64,000 nucleotides of DNA from an uncultured Candidatus Saccharibacteria bacterium (GCA_964618765.1 CAZUDZ010000002.1:66129-130128), one strand, 5' to 3'. Counted from the first letter of the stretch, positions 49,212 through 58,618 are shown. Program-made: numbers and translations. The notes: a model not told the origin generated them from the sequence alone.

Positions 49212-49849
49212 TACTCTTCGTCAGGATTATATATGGTATAAAATTCAGAAAGGAGTTCTTTAGTAGTTAATTGATGTCCAAAGAGACCCATTCTACTTAA
49301 CTGTTTTAATACATGGTCTCTTTTTGGGTAGAGAAATATTTTAGCCTTTTCGAGAAGTTGTTCTTCTTTCATTCCTTTTGCTTTTTCTTCTTCTTCTTTT
49401 GTTTTACGGACATCAAGAATGTTTGACCCTGGAATCGGGGCTCCTGGACTGTAGGGGATTACTATAAAGAAGTTTTTATCCAAAACATCATTTTGTACAA
49501 TTAATTTCTGTACAAAATGGGTATATATATTTAGTTGTTTTCTTAATCCTTCGCTAATCTCTGCTCTGTCGAGATTTGCTTTCAGATAGTCTAAATAGTT
49601 AGAGATATCGATTCTCTTTGTTCTGATTAGTATTTGGATTCGAAAATTTAAAGAATTGAGAAAACCAGCAAAAGCATATATTTTATTATCTTGTTCATAC
49701 TCTGCCAGAAGATCAAAGTTAATGGAGGAAGTTTGTATAACCATAGTGACACTTCCCTTACTAGTTATTATTAAATCATCTAAGATATCTTTAATCCCAA
49801 GATGATCTTGTGTTGATTCTGTTGCTCTTGCTCTAGTTTTCTTGTCCAC
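49211..49849 (-). CDS. Hypothetical soluble protein encoded between the PrgI-like and VirB4-like genes (T4SS-associated by context)
   Basis: Tight coupling: 1-nt gap to the upstream gene, and its stop overlaps the VirB4-like start; no recognised motif. Confidence 0.4.
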   Translation of the reverse strand: MDKKTRARATESTQDHLGIKDILDDLIITSKGSVTMVIQTSSINFDLLAEYEQDNKIYAFAGFLNSLNFRIQILIRTKRIDISNYLDYLKANLDRAEISEGLRKQLNIYTHFVQKLIVQNDVLDKNFFIVIPYSPGAPIPGSNILDVRKTKEEEEKAKGMKEEQLLEKAKIFLYPKRDHVLKQLSRMGLFGHQLTTKELLSEFYTIYNPDEE

Positions 49850-49850
49850 T

Positions 49851-50684
49851 TTAAATGCTATTAATTTTAATTGGTGCTTTGTCTTCCTTATTCATAATTT
49901 CTAATTGAACCTCCGGGAACCTATACACAGGATGTTGAAATTCTAACATATATGTTCCTGGATCCCACAGTTTGTTTGTAAGGAAGTATCCACTCTCTCC
50001 TGTTTTATTTGCATACAGAATTTTTCTTTCAGAATTTTTAAGATAAGTTATGACATTGGGTATTGGTTTTAAATCTTTTGTAGAAAGCCAAATATTTATA
50101 TTTCCTGGTAATCTGTCCTGGCTTTTAATCTGAAATTGGTAGTTAGAAATATTTTCCTTCGTTATGATCAGGAAATTAGGATCTACAGGAGATGGAGTAA
50201 CCAGTTCAGGATCCACAGTAAGTTGCTCATCTAGCATATCACTTACCTCATCCTCTGCGAGAATATCTTTCTTGATGGGGAGAGCCTCTCCGATTATCTT
50301 GTTCTTTTTAACCTTTACATCCGTAGGAATCAGTCGACCTTCTTGGTCAGGTTTAACATTAGGTTTAATTCCTTTGTTCTCCATATCCTTTGTCAACCAA
50401 ACTCTTTGTGTGGGAGCTGTAATTGCACTTATGTAATTTTTAATAAAGACATCAGCATCTTGGTCATTAATGGGGACTAGTCCTAAGAATATTCCAGCAC
50501 TAGCAGAGAAGATGAAAACAGGTATTCCTAAAATCGCAGGGAGTACATTGCTGACAACTAGATAAATCATTACTCCTCCAAAACCAAGCCCTATCGCTAG
50601 GTAGGCGAATTCCTTAAGTGTAAACTTTGTAAAGAGTTTAAATTCAACATCTAATATATTTTGAGGAATGGCATGTTGTCTCAT
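49851..50684 (-). CDS. PrgI/VirB3-like membrane protein (N-terminal TM hairpin) with C-terminal extracytoplasmic domain
   Basis: N-terminal KLFTKFTLKEFAYLAIGLGFGGVMIYLVV...PVFIFSASAGIFLGLV fits the K-x-x-F-x-F-T-x-x-Q/E pre-TM pattern of PrgI/VirB3-like proteins; first gene of the operon. Confidence 0.4.
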   Translation of the reverse strand: MRQHAIPQNILDVEFKLFTKFTLKEFAYLAIGLGFGGVMIYLVVSNVLPAILGIPVFIFSASAGIFLGLVPINDQDADVFIKNYISAITAPTQRVWLTKDMENKGIKPNVKPDQEGRLIPTDVKVKKNKIIGEALPIKKDILAEDEVSDMLDEQLTVDPELVTPSPVDPNFLIITKENISNYQFQIKSQDRLPGNINIWLSTKDLKPIPNVITYLKNSERKILYANKTGESGYFLTNKLWDPGTYMLEFQHPVYRFPEVQLEIMNKEDKAPIKINSI

Positions 50685-50747
50685 ATATTGGCAGATTTTA
50701 CTACTTTTAGATAGTAAAGTTTACCAGAATATTGAGAAAAGTTTTAG

Positions 50748-51578
50748 ATGTCTCTTTATTTCCTTTATAATACAGCTATGCAAACAGCACAGAAAGCGTT
50801 CTTAAATCTAATTAAGTTCAGATCCGCTATGAATTTAACTCTCTCTAGGGATGATATCAAATATATATGGGGGAGAAGATTTCTGAGAAACTGGGAGACA
50901 AGCAAAGAGAAAGAACTAAGTAGGGAGATTAAAAAGATTAGAGAGAATGAAAATGAGTATGTAGCTAGAAAGATTGAGATTGTAAAGGAGCAGGTATCAA
51001 AATTGAAGGTCTTTGATTGGGTACAGTTCATTGGAATATCGGGATCGGTAGCCGCGGGGTTTGCCAAGGAAGATGATGATATTGATGTTTTTATAGTAGT
51101 TAAAAATGGAACGGTATGGTTATATAGGGTTATTATAATTTTAAGGAATCTTTTCCATAATAAAATTCGTGCTAAGAGGCATAAGAATGTAAAAAATAAG
51201 TTATGTCTTAATCTCATATGCGAGGAGAGGGGAGTACAGTTTCCCAATGATATCTTTAATTTTCATGAACTAATCTTTCTTAAACCTCTATATAACGGAA
51301 AGTATAAAAATTACATCTTCTCACAGAACGCATGGTTAGAGAGGGAGTATTTTGTTAAAAAAGAATTGCTTAGAACAAGAGTAGTTTCTCAAAAAGATGC
51401 ATTTCTCGTAATTAAGATAGCTAACCATCTAGCATTCATTGCTCAGTTAGTATTCATGAGTATTTCAAGACATAATCCAGAGATTGGAAGACTCAAGGAA
51501 AATTTTAAGAAAGGGAAGATAGAGTTTTTTGACCAGGATTTTAGAGAAGATAAGTTAACAAAGTTTTTCAAAAATTAA
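50748..51578 (+). CDS. Polymerase-beta-superfamily nucleotidyltransferase domain protein with about 90-aa N-terminal helical extension
   Basis: GISGSVAAGFAKEDDDIDVFIVV matches the hG[GS]x9-13-DxD nucleotidyltransferase motif at residues 95-117; 276 aa. Confidence 0.55.
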   Translation: MSLYFLYNTAMQTAQKAFLNLIKFRSAMNLTLSRDDIKYIWGRRFLRNWETSKEKELSREIKKIRENENEYVARKIEIVKEQVSKLKVFDWVQFIGISGSVAAGFAKEDDDIDVFIVVKNGTVWLYRVIIILRNLFHNKIRAKRHKNVKNKLCLNLICEERGVQFPNDIFNFHELIFLKPLYNGKYKNYIFSQNAWLEREYFVKKELLRTRVVSQKDAFLVIKIANHLAFIAQLVFMSISRHNPEIGRLKENFKKGKIEFFDQDFREDKLTKFFKN

Positions 51579-52621
51579 GAAAAAGAGTTTAAATCTACTA
51601 GTTGAGCCTTCTCAAGTAATCTCTTGGGTAACTCTTTATACTCTATCATGGTAATGAAGGTTTGTTGTTTTCCTAAAAATTTGTCATTAAAAACTCTTTT
51701 TGTATTCTCTGTATCTAGTTCGGATGATATGTCATCAAGAAGTAGGATAGGGTAGAAACCTAGTTTTTTTGCAACTAATTCCTGTTTGTTGAAAATCAGC
51801 TGCCCAATTGCTAATCTCTTTTCTCCACGAGAACCAAATTTTTTAATATCTGTTCCATTAATCAATCTCCAATCATCTCTATGTGGTCCTACATTAGTGT
51901 ATCCTGTCGCTATATCTCTCTTCTTTGATTCCTCTACTGCTGTTTCTATATCATGATCTCCATTAGATTTAATATATTCTACACTCAAGTCTTTTGAGCA
52001 AAGGTCCTTGCACAGATCGTCTCTTTTCTGTTGAATCTCTACTGCTACTGTTATTAGCTTCTCTGTCCAGAAGTTTAATTGAGTGTCATTTCTGGCTACT
52101 ATGCCTTTCTCGTAGAAATCTTTAGAGAGCTTTTTAAGATATGCGTTTCTCTGTCTTAATGTTTTATTAAATGTCTTCAATGTGTCTGAAAAGTCATATT
52201 CCATGAGGGCTATGGCTTCATCTAGGAAGTTTCTTCGTTTACTGGAAGATATCATTAATATTTCTATCTGTTCTGGATTGAAGATAGTGGAAGCCGTTTT
52301 TTCAAAGAATTTTTTGGGTGTTGTTTTTTGGTCATTGATTTTAAAGACTCTTTTCTCATCATCCTTGTAAAATGAATATATTTTATCGTCTATATCCATT
52401 TCTATACGAGTGTGTTTACCTTTTACTTTTTGAGTATTTAATACATATTCATCTGAAGAAGCCCAGGGTGAAGTTCCATTTGTAATTAGCATTATTGATT
52501 CTAGGATTGTACTTTTTCCTTTTGCATTATTTCCATGCAATACTACAATTTCTTTCTCTATGGAGATTTCCATTTTATCAAATTTCCTGAAATTTGAGAG
52601 CTTAATATTTTTAATCTTCAT
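51575..52621 (-). CDS. recF: DNA replication and repair protein RecF
   Basis: N-terminal IKNIKLSNFRKF plus Walker A GNNAKGKSTILESI; C-terminal LLLDDISSELD; TAATG coupling to the lepA stop; 348 aa. Confidence 0.7.
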   Translation of the reverse strand: MKIKNIKLSNFRKFDKMEISIEKEIVVLHGNNAKGKSTILESIMLITNGTSPWASSDEYVLNTQKVKGKHTRIEMDIDDKIYSFYKDDEKRVFKINDQKTTPKKFFEKTASTIFNPEQIEILMISSSKRRNFLDEAIALMEYDFSDTLKTFNKTLRQRNAYLKKLSKDFYEKGIVARNDTQLNFWTEKLITVAVEIQQKRDDLCKDLCSKDLSVEYIKSNGDHDIETAVEESKKRDIATGYTNVGPHRDDWRLINGTDIKKFGSRGEKRLAIGQLIFNKQELVAKKLGFYPILLLDDISSELDTENTKRVFNDKFLGKQQTFITMIEYKELPKRLLEKAQLVDLNSFS

Positions 52622-54435
52622 TATGTCCTAAGAATAGCTAGAAATGCTTCCTGTGGTATGGAGACTCTTCCGAACTCTTTTAATCTCTTTTTCCCTCTCT
52701 TCTGTTTTTCTAAAAGTTTCTTCTTTCTTGAGTAGTCTCCACCGTACAATTTTTCTGTAACATTTTTTCTGAATCCTTTTACATTCTCTCTTGCTATTAT
52801 TTTAGCATCTATGGCTGCTTGAAGAGGGATTGGGAATTGTTGTCTAGGAATGACTTTTTTCATTTCCTCCAGAAGTTTTACAGACCTTGTTCGAGTATTT
52901 TCTTTAACATCTAAGAAATCTAAAGCCTCTATCTCTTCATGATTAACAAGTACAGAGACCTTCACAATATCGGCAGGGAAGAAATCAATGAATTCGTATT
53001 CCATTGAAGCGTATCCGCTTGTTATATTTTTCATGGTGTCAAAGAAGTTTGATATTAGAGAGGCGAGAGGCATGTCATATTCTAATTTCACATACTGTTC
53101 TTTCAGATTTATGTCTTCATCGACTGTTAAATATTTTGTATTAACATACTGTCCTCTTTTTAATTGGCAAAGTCTCATTAGGTCTCCAATATATTTGTCT
53201 GGGGTTAAGATTTCTGTTCTTACCCATGGTTCTCGGACTTCTTTGATTTCAGAGCTGTTTGGAAGTTCACTTGGAGTTTGGACATCTATCTCAGTGCCAT
53301 TCATTTTCTTTACTTTGTATTCAACAGTAGGGGCTGTTACTAAGAGGTTTACATCGTACTCTCTTTCTAGCCTTTCTTGTACTATCTCCATGTGTAGTAG
53401 ACCAAGAAAGCCACATCTAAAACCAGAACCAAGGAGGTTTGACCGTTGGTCTGTGAATACTAGGGAGGAGTCGTTTAATGAAAGTTTCCTAAGAGCAATC
53501 TTTAAGTTTTCGTATTGTTCAGGATCAATGGGGAAGAATGTTGCATACATATTTGGTTTGGGGATCTTGTAGCCTTCTAGTGCGGCCATCTCCTCACTAT
53601 CTGACACCGTATCTCCGACAGTAAAATAACCGATATCTTTCATCCCAGTTGCAATATATCCTACCTGTCCTGTGTTTAGAATGTTAGTCTCTTTTAGATT
53701 TGGATTAAATATCCCTATCTCTGTAGGTTTGAAGGATTCTTTTCTTTGTATCATGTGTAATACTTGTGCTTTTCCAGCGATATGTTCTACTTTCCCATCA
53801 AATACTCTGATTGCTATTACAACTCCTCTGTGTTCGTCGTAGAAGGAGTCAAAGACTAGTGCTTTAAAAGCTTTTTCTGGATCTCCCTTTGGAGGGGGAG
53901 AGTCTTTTACAATTGTATCTAGAAGGAGATCTACATTCTCTCCTGTTTTTCCGGATACTTTAATTATTTCTTCCTTTTTAAATCCGAGTAATCCTTCTAT
54001 CTCTTTCTCCCTCTCTTCAATGTTAATGTGAGCGATATCTATTTTGTTAAGCACAGGAATTATTTTTAATCCTAATTCTAGAGCCTTTTTAGTGTTAGAT
54101 ATGGTTTGGGCTTGTATCCCCTGACTAGCATCTACTAAGAGTATTGCTGATTCACAAGCTGCAAGAGATCTGGATACTTCGTAAGAGAAATCCACATGTC
54201 CAGGAGTATCAATGAGGTTTAGTTCATATCCTTTCCAAATCATTTTGCACGCTTGTAACTTTATACTAATACCCTTTTCCTGTTCTAGCTCTAACCTGTC
54301 TAAGATCCTTTCTTTCCTTTTTTCCCTAGAAAGGTCTGTATGCACAGCTTCTAGAATCCTATCGGCTAAAGTAGATTTGCCATGGTCTATATGTGCTATT
54401 ATTGAAAAATTGCGTATCTTATCTAATTCTTTCAT
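52621..54435 (-). CDS. lepA: Elongation factor 4 (LepA)
   Basis: NFSIIAHIDHGKSTLADRIL G1 motif; DTPGHVDF; 604 aa with the LepA-specific C-terminal domain. Confidence 0.92.
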   Translation of the reverse strand: MKELDKIRNFSIIAHIDHGKSTLADRILEAVHTDLSREKRKERILDRLELEQEKGISIKLQACKMIWKGYELNLIDTPGHVDFSYEVSRSLAACESAILLVDASQGIQAQTISNTKKALELGLKIIPVLNKIDIAHINIEEREKEIEGLLGFKKEEIIKVSGKTGENVDLLLDTIVKDSPPPKGDPEKAFKALVFDSFYDEHRGVVIAIRVFDGKVEHIAGKAQVLHMIQRKESFKPTEIGIFNPNLKETNILNTGQVGYIATGMKDIGYFTVGDTVSDSEEMAALEGYKIPKPNMYATFFPIDPEQYENLKIALRKLSLNDSSLVFTDQRSNLLGSGFRCGFLGLLHMEIVQERLEREYDVNLLVTAPTVEYKVKKMNGTEIDVQTPSELPNSSEIKEVREPWVRTEILTPDKYIGDLMRLCQLKRGQYVNTKYLTVDEDINLKEQYVKLEYDMPLASLISNFFDTMKNITSGYASMEYEFIDFFPADIVKVSVLVNHEEIEALDFLDVKENTRTRSVKLLEEMKKVIPRQQFPIPLQAAIDAKIIARENVKGFRKNVTEKLYGGDYSRKKKLLEKQKRGKKRLKEFGRVSIPQEAFLAILRT

Positions 54436-54513
54436 AAGAGGAATTATATCACAGGAATACTGGAAGAAATGACTTTTGATGCTATTGAAGGGGAACTTCC
54501 TATCAAGTTTTAA

Positions 54514-55068
54514 CTAATTGATATTCAAGGTCATATCAAACATCTCTGAGAATTGTATTCCAGAGAGATTTTCTAATGCAAGAAAAAGAATAATTTTATC
54601 TCCAGATGAAACGGGGATTTTTTGCTCGTATGTGTTTCCCTTGTAATCTTGAAGCCTGTATGTTTCTTCATTAATTATTAAATATATTTCAGACTTAGTA
54701 TTGCTGAGAGTTTGTCCCCAAACGGAAATAACCTTCTCTTCTGCTGTTTTATTCTCTATTTCCAATATCGGTTTTGAGTATGAGTCCGCACCTCGCTTCC
54801 CTAGTCTTGCAGAGTATGCGTATTTAGAATCTTCAGTCTGATTAAGAGTTTCTTCGGAGAAAACTTCATGTTTTCCTCCGACTAGCCTAACGATGGTATC
54901 ATTCTGGGTCGTCACTCCCAAGATATCCAGTTTTTTAAGTTGTTTGGTAATTGGAGTTAGATTCATCACAGTTATTATGGGGAGGATGAAGAAAAGGGCT
55001 AGTAAGCCTAAAGCAAACGGTTCTAGTATTTGGGAAAATACCTTTTTAGTTTTATTTGTCTCCTTCAT
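54514..55068 (-). CDS. Hypothetical membrane-anchored protein (N-terminal TM, extracytoplasmic domain)
   Basis: ATG start; TM FALGLLALFFILPIITVM; 2-nt gap to the upstream gene. Confidence 0.35.
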   Translation of the reverse strand: MKETNKTKKVFSQILEPFALGLLALFFILPIITVMNLTPITKQLKKLDILGVTTQNDTIVRLVGGKHEVFSEETLNQTEDSKYAYSARLGKRGADSYSKPILEIENKTAEEKVISVWGQTLSNTKSEIYLIINEETYRLQDYKGNTYEQKIPVSSGDKIILFLALENLSGIQFSEMFDMTLNIN

Positions 55069-55070
55069 TG

Positions 55071-55619
55071 TTAGTAATAGTTGCTTTCCTTAGGATATAT
55101 CTTATCAGTTTCCAATTCAAATGTCTTTATGGTTCCCCAAATAGAGAGGAGTGCAATTACACCTGATGTAATTCCTATCCACTCATATGTTTGTCCCTGT
55201 AGGGTATGGATTATCGTAATGATGGAGCTTATTGTTACAAAGCTAGACCATATAAATATTTGTAAAAAAGAGGTGTCCTTTTTTGTTATCCATTTTAAGA
55301 TGTTTAGTTTTGTTACTTTCGCTATAGTTCTAGGATTTTGCAATGTAGTTTGGTAAATAGATGTTTTTGCAATGAAATATATGGCTGGTACTGCAAGGAA
55401 TAGTAACATAGTTAGGTTAGAAACAGAGTTAACAAAGAGGGTAGTACTATTGTCTGTAAAGGAGATTTGTATTGATACAAGACCATTCATTTCGTTTTGT
55501 ACGAAAAATTCTAGATCATATATTGCTGTAGGAATTATGATACCTAAAAACTTCCCAGCGATCATCAAAATAGCTGGAGTTAGGGATATTTTAAGCGCTC
55601 TTTTTAGCAGTTTTGACAT
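55071..55619 (-). CDS. Hypothetical polytopic membrane protein (about 4 TM)
   Basis: Four hydrophobic segments; overlaps the rpsT stop by 29 nt, so apparently co-transcribed with rpsT. Confidence 0.35.
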   Translation of the reverse strand: MSKLLKRALKISLTPAILMIAGKFLGIIIPTAIYDLEFFVQNEMNGLVSIQISFTDNSTTLFVNSVSNLTMLLFLAVPAIYFIAKTSIYQTTLQNPRTIAKVTKLNILKWITKKDTSFLQIFIWSSFVTISSIITIIHTLQGQTYEWIGITSGVIALLSIWGTIKTFELETDKIYPKESNYY

Positions 55620-55887
55620 TAGGTTGGGACAGTTTGTTTAAATTTTTTGTAAGACGAGATTTAATACGATCTGCCTTACCTTTCTTTATAACATTTTTCT
55701 TAGCTGTCTTGTCAAGAACTTTGTAAACATTTTTAAGATTTTTTTCTGCTTCTACCTTATTTCCTTGTTCCACTAGGGTATTTTGTTTTTTAACCGCTCT
55801 TTTAACTCTGTTTCTTAATCTGTCATTATTGACTTTTCTTCTTTTATTTTGTCTTAAATCTTTTATTGATGCTTGAAGATTTGGCAT
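55591..55887 (-). CDS. rpsT: 30S ribosomal protein S20
   Basis: MPNLQASIKDLRQNKRRKVNNDRLRNRVKRAVKK is a typical S20 basic N-terminus; 98 aa. Confidence 0.75.
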   Translation of the reverse strand: MPNLQASIKDLRQNKRRKVNNDRLRNRVKRAVKKQNTLVEQGNKVEAEKNLKNVYKVLDKTAKKNVIKKGKADRIKSRLTKNLNKLSQPNVKTAKKSA

Positions 55888-55988
55888 TTGAATTTTTAAT
55901 ACATGTAAAATATATGACTGGTATGTCAGGGCATTATATATATTTTACCCTTATTTGTAAACAATTGTTTTTGTGTTAGACTATTTCT

Positions 55989-56414
55989 ATGCAAGGTAGT
56001 AGTAAGTTTAAGATATCATTAAGTGTATTCTTAGTAATTTTAGTAGCATCTCTTACTTTTGTATATGTAGAGTTTTATGGGCAAGAGCAGCTTAGGGAGG
56101 AGACAGAGGAGGAGGTCATGGGAGTTAACACAGATACTGGGATTCCATATATTATTAGTTTAGCGCCAATTGTTGCAGAAGTAGGTAGTTTGTATGAGTA
56201 TCCTATTACCGCTGTAGATCGTGACACAAGACAGGGAGATTTGGTGGTAGAGTATGTTGAAGGACCAGGATGGTTAGTGTTAAATGATATGGTTTTAAGT
56301 GGATTAGTTCCACAGGAGAGTGAAGGTACTTACAAAGTTGTATTAAAGGTTTCTGATGGCTACAATAGTTCAATCCAAGAGACTTATATCTTAGTAGAGG
56401 AAGAGAATGAATAG
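55989..56414 (+). CDS. Small secreted/membrane-anchored protein with cadherin-like (He_PIG/putative Ig) domain
   Basis: N-terminal TM/signal ISLSVFLVILVASLTFVYV; PIVAEVGSLYEYPITAVDRDTRQGDLVVEYVEGPGWLVLNDMVLSGLVPQESEGTYKVVLKVSDG matches the He_PIG/dystroglycan-cadherin-like pattern. Confidence 0.45.
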   Translation: MQGSSKFKISLSVFLVILVASLTFVYVEFYGQEQLREETEEEVMGVNTDTGIPYIISLAPIVAEVGSLYEYPITAVDRDTRQGDLVVEYVEGPGWLVLNDMVLSGLVPQESEGTYKVVLKVSDGYNSSIQETYILVEEENE

Positions 56415-56817
56415 GAAAAAGTTTTGCATAATAGGAGGGATTTTATCTTTTATTCTTGCCACTATTGGATTTCTACTAATAGCAACTAGGGAGTCAGCAA
56501 AGATCGATGTTAAAGGAGCTTCTCAGGGAGATTGTGTTCCATATAATATTTTTGTCATGAAGAGTTCCAATGAGTACTCCGTTGATATCATGTGGAGTAC
56601 AAGGGCTGAGTGTGTTAGTTTTGTACTGTACGGTAGAGATAGGGGAAACTTGGATATGGTGGGTGTAGATCTAGTAAATAGGAGTAGTTCTAAGGAGCAT
56701 ACTGTTACTTTGGATCAGTTACTTACAACAGAAACATACTATTTCCTTATCAACTCTCAAGAAGAAACTTACGGTAATAACGGGGCACCTTTGGAGTTTG
56801 TATTGGAAAATCTCTAA
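56407..56817 (+). CDS. Small membrane-anchored protein with fibronectin type III-like beta domain
   Basis: N-terminal TM FCIIGGILSFILATIGFLLIA; beta-rich domain (YSVDIMWSTRAECVSFVLYG...TYYFLINSQ); 8-nt overlap with the preceding gene. Confidence 0.35.
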   Translation: MNRKKFCIIGGILSFILATIGFLLIATRESAKIDVKGASQGDCVPYNIFVMKSSNEYSVDIMWSTRAECVSFVLYGRDRGNLDMVGVDLVNRSSSKEHTVTLDQLLTTETYYFLINSQEETYGNNGAPLEFVLENL

Positions 56818-56818
56818 A

Positions 56819-58618
56819 CTACTTTCTGTCTCTTTCTTTCTTACTTAGTTCTTTAATGATTTTCGTTTCAAAATATTTCTTTGGTTTGAATATCTTCCAA
56901 GAGGCCATTTCTGCTTCTTTGTACACTCCTGATTCTACTAGCTTTTCCACGAGTGCCTGTCCCATCGGTTTTGAATATATATACCAACCAATTAAGAGTA
57001 CAAGTGCTCCAGTAATTATCCTTCCTATTACAGAATCAAATATCCCTGTTTCAGGTGTGGTAGGTGTATCTGGCTTCGTGACCTCCTCTTCATCCTTCTT
57101 CTCTTCTTCTACAGGATCTTTACAGGATTGTGCAACTTTCAAAACTAACTCAGCTCTTAAGGTTGTTGGATCTTCTGGTATTTCTAGGGGAGTTACAACT
57201 ACCTCGTTTTGATTGTCACCTGTGAGTGCATTTTCATCTACTTGGGATTGGAAAAGTATCGTTAGGGATTCTCCTGCTTTTATCTCCCATTCATCGGATT
57301 TCTCCCAAACCACTTCCTTTGTTTCTCCTACATCGGTTACTGTAACATAATCAGTATCTGATGCTGAGACCCCATTTATTTTTGAGGAATTTTTTACATA
57401 TGTAAATCCAAGAGGGAGCTTGTCTTTCACAGACGAGACATTTTGAGTTATGGTTCCTTGGTTTGTAGTTGTAATCGTAAACTGGGCGATATTATTAGGG
57501 GTAACCCTTTCAACACACTCTACGTTAGAAGTCTTGGTCACATTAAATTTAGATTCTTGACTCTCTGTTTGGGGAGCCTCTTCTTTCTTTTCTGGAGTTA
57601 TCTCTGGAAGATTAACAGTACCTTTAACAGTACCGATTAATTCTGTCTCTGTTCTTACCTCGGCAGTGACTTCTATTGTTCCTTTTAATTTGTCTAACTG
57701 AGAGAAGTTCAGTTCTGTTTCGAAATTATCTTTGTTGTAAAGAGCTTGTTCTAGTATCGTGATTTCTCCCTTTGCTGTATCTACTGTAAACCCTTCCTTC
57801 ATTAGAAGGTCTGCTAGGTCATTGTTGAAAGAGAATCTTATCTTAAGTTGCATCTCCTCTGAAATATTTCCTATACCAATTCGTACCTTAGAGATCTTGT
57901 AGTTATCACCATCTTGTCTTGGTTGTACCTGAAGATCACTAACATCAGACTCAGCCTCTTGAGTTATCTCTACTAATCTTCGACAGATAGGGGAGTTGAT
58001 TTGGTTTCCACTACTATCAGTTGCTGTCGCAAAAATATTTAAGGCAGAAGTACTTAGGTCAGTATAGACCTTAGTAATTGTTAACCCGTCTGGTGATACT
58101 TGATCTGGTTCTATTTCTTGATTGTTTATTATAAATTTGTGTGCAGTATATTCTTTGTCGAACTTAGCCTCTATGGTTATTTCATCGTCGGGGAGTATCT
58201 TTCCAGTAACTATCTTTCCAGCTTTGTCTGTAATTGTCATCGTATTACAGCGAACATCTTGTACTACCTGAAGGTTACAAATCTTGTAAAGCTCCTGTTC
58301 AGTATTGCTATTTAGTAAGTTTGTGGAGATATTGCTAGTAGAGCATGGGGCCTTACAAACCTGGTCGCTTGGTACTGTTGTTAATTCAAAAAGGAAACCT
58401 CTTCTAGGGTCTCCACACTCAGAGATAATAGCAGGATCTATGTAGTAACAGGCACAGGTGGTTTCAGTTAAAGTTTCACTTTCAGGACTCTCTCCTATTG
58501 TGTAAAAATACACAGCAGTAGCGATGAGAGCGATACCCAACATAACTGCCAATATTATTAATAGGGTTGTACTTTTTTTCTTTTCTTTTGTGGTGGGAAC
58601 TCTCCTAACTTCTTCCAT
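56819..58618 (-). CDS. Large surface protein with DUF11-like conserved repeat domain, N-terminal signal anchor and C-terminal TM plus short basic tail
   Basis: N-terminal TM LLIILAVMLGIALIATAVYFY; DUF11-like block LPLGFTYVKNSSKINGVSA...EIKAGESLTILFQSQV; C-terminal TM IITGALVLLIGWYIY and a KK/RDRK tail; 599 aa. Confidence 0.5.
   Translation of the reverse strand: MEEVRRVPTTKEKKKSTTLLIILAVMLGIALIATAVYFYTIGESPESETLTETTCACYYIDPAIISECGDPRRGFLFELTTVPSDQVCKAPCSTSNISTNLLNSNTEQELYKICNLQVVQDVRCNTMTITDKAGKIVTGKILPDDEITIEAKFDKEYTAHKFIINNQEIEPDQVSPDGLTITKVYTDLSTSALNIFATATDSSGNQINSPICRRLVEITQEAESDVSDLQVQPRQDGDNYKISKVRIGIGNISEEMQLKIRFSFNNDLADLLMKEGFTVDTAKGEITILEQALYNKDNFETELNFSQLDKLKGTIEVTAEVRTETELIGTVKGTVNLPEITPEKKEEAPQTESQESKFNVTKTSNVECVERVTPNNIAQFTITTTNQGTITQNVSSVKDKLPLGFTYVKNSSKINGVSASDTDYVTVTDVGETKEVVWEKSDEWEIKAGESLTILFQSQVDENALTGDNQNEVVVTPLEIPEDPTTLRAELVLKVAQSCKDPVEEEKKDEEEVTKPDTPTTPETGIFDSVIGRIITGALVLLIGWYIYSKPMGQALVEKLVESGVYKEAEMASWKIFKPKKYFETKIIKELSKKERDRK

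Noticed and set aside
50685-50747. Weak dyad ACTTT-N8-AAAGT in the divergent region between the T4SS-like operon and the nucleotidyltransferase gene
   Set aside because: 5-bp arms in AT-rich sequence are expected by chance; there is no second copy to support an operator.
50748-51578. Calling the nucleotidyltransferase a CBASS cyclase or an MNT-HEPN toxin-antitoxin
   Set aside because: No adjacent effector, HEPN (Rx4-6H) partner or cap genes are present. The neighbours are recF and the VirB4-like operon. Only the generic Pol-beta NTase motif is supportable.
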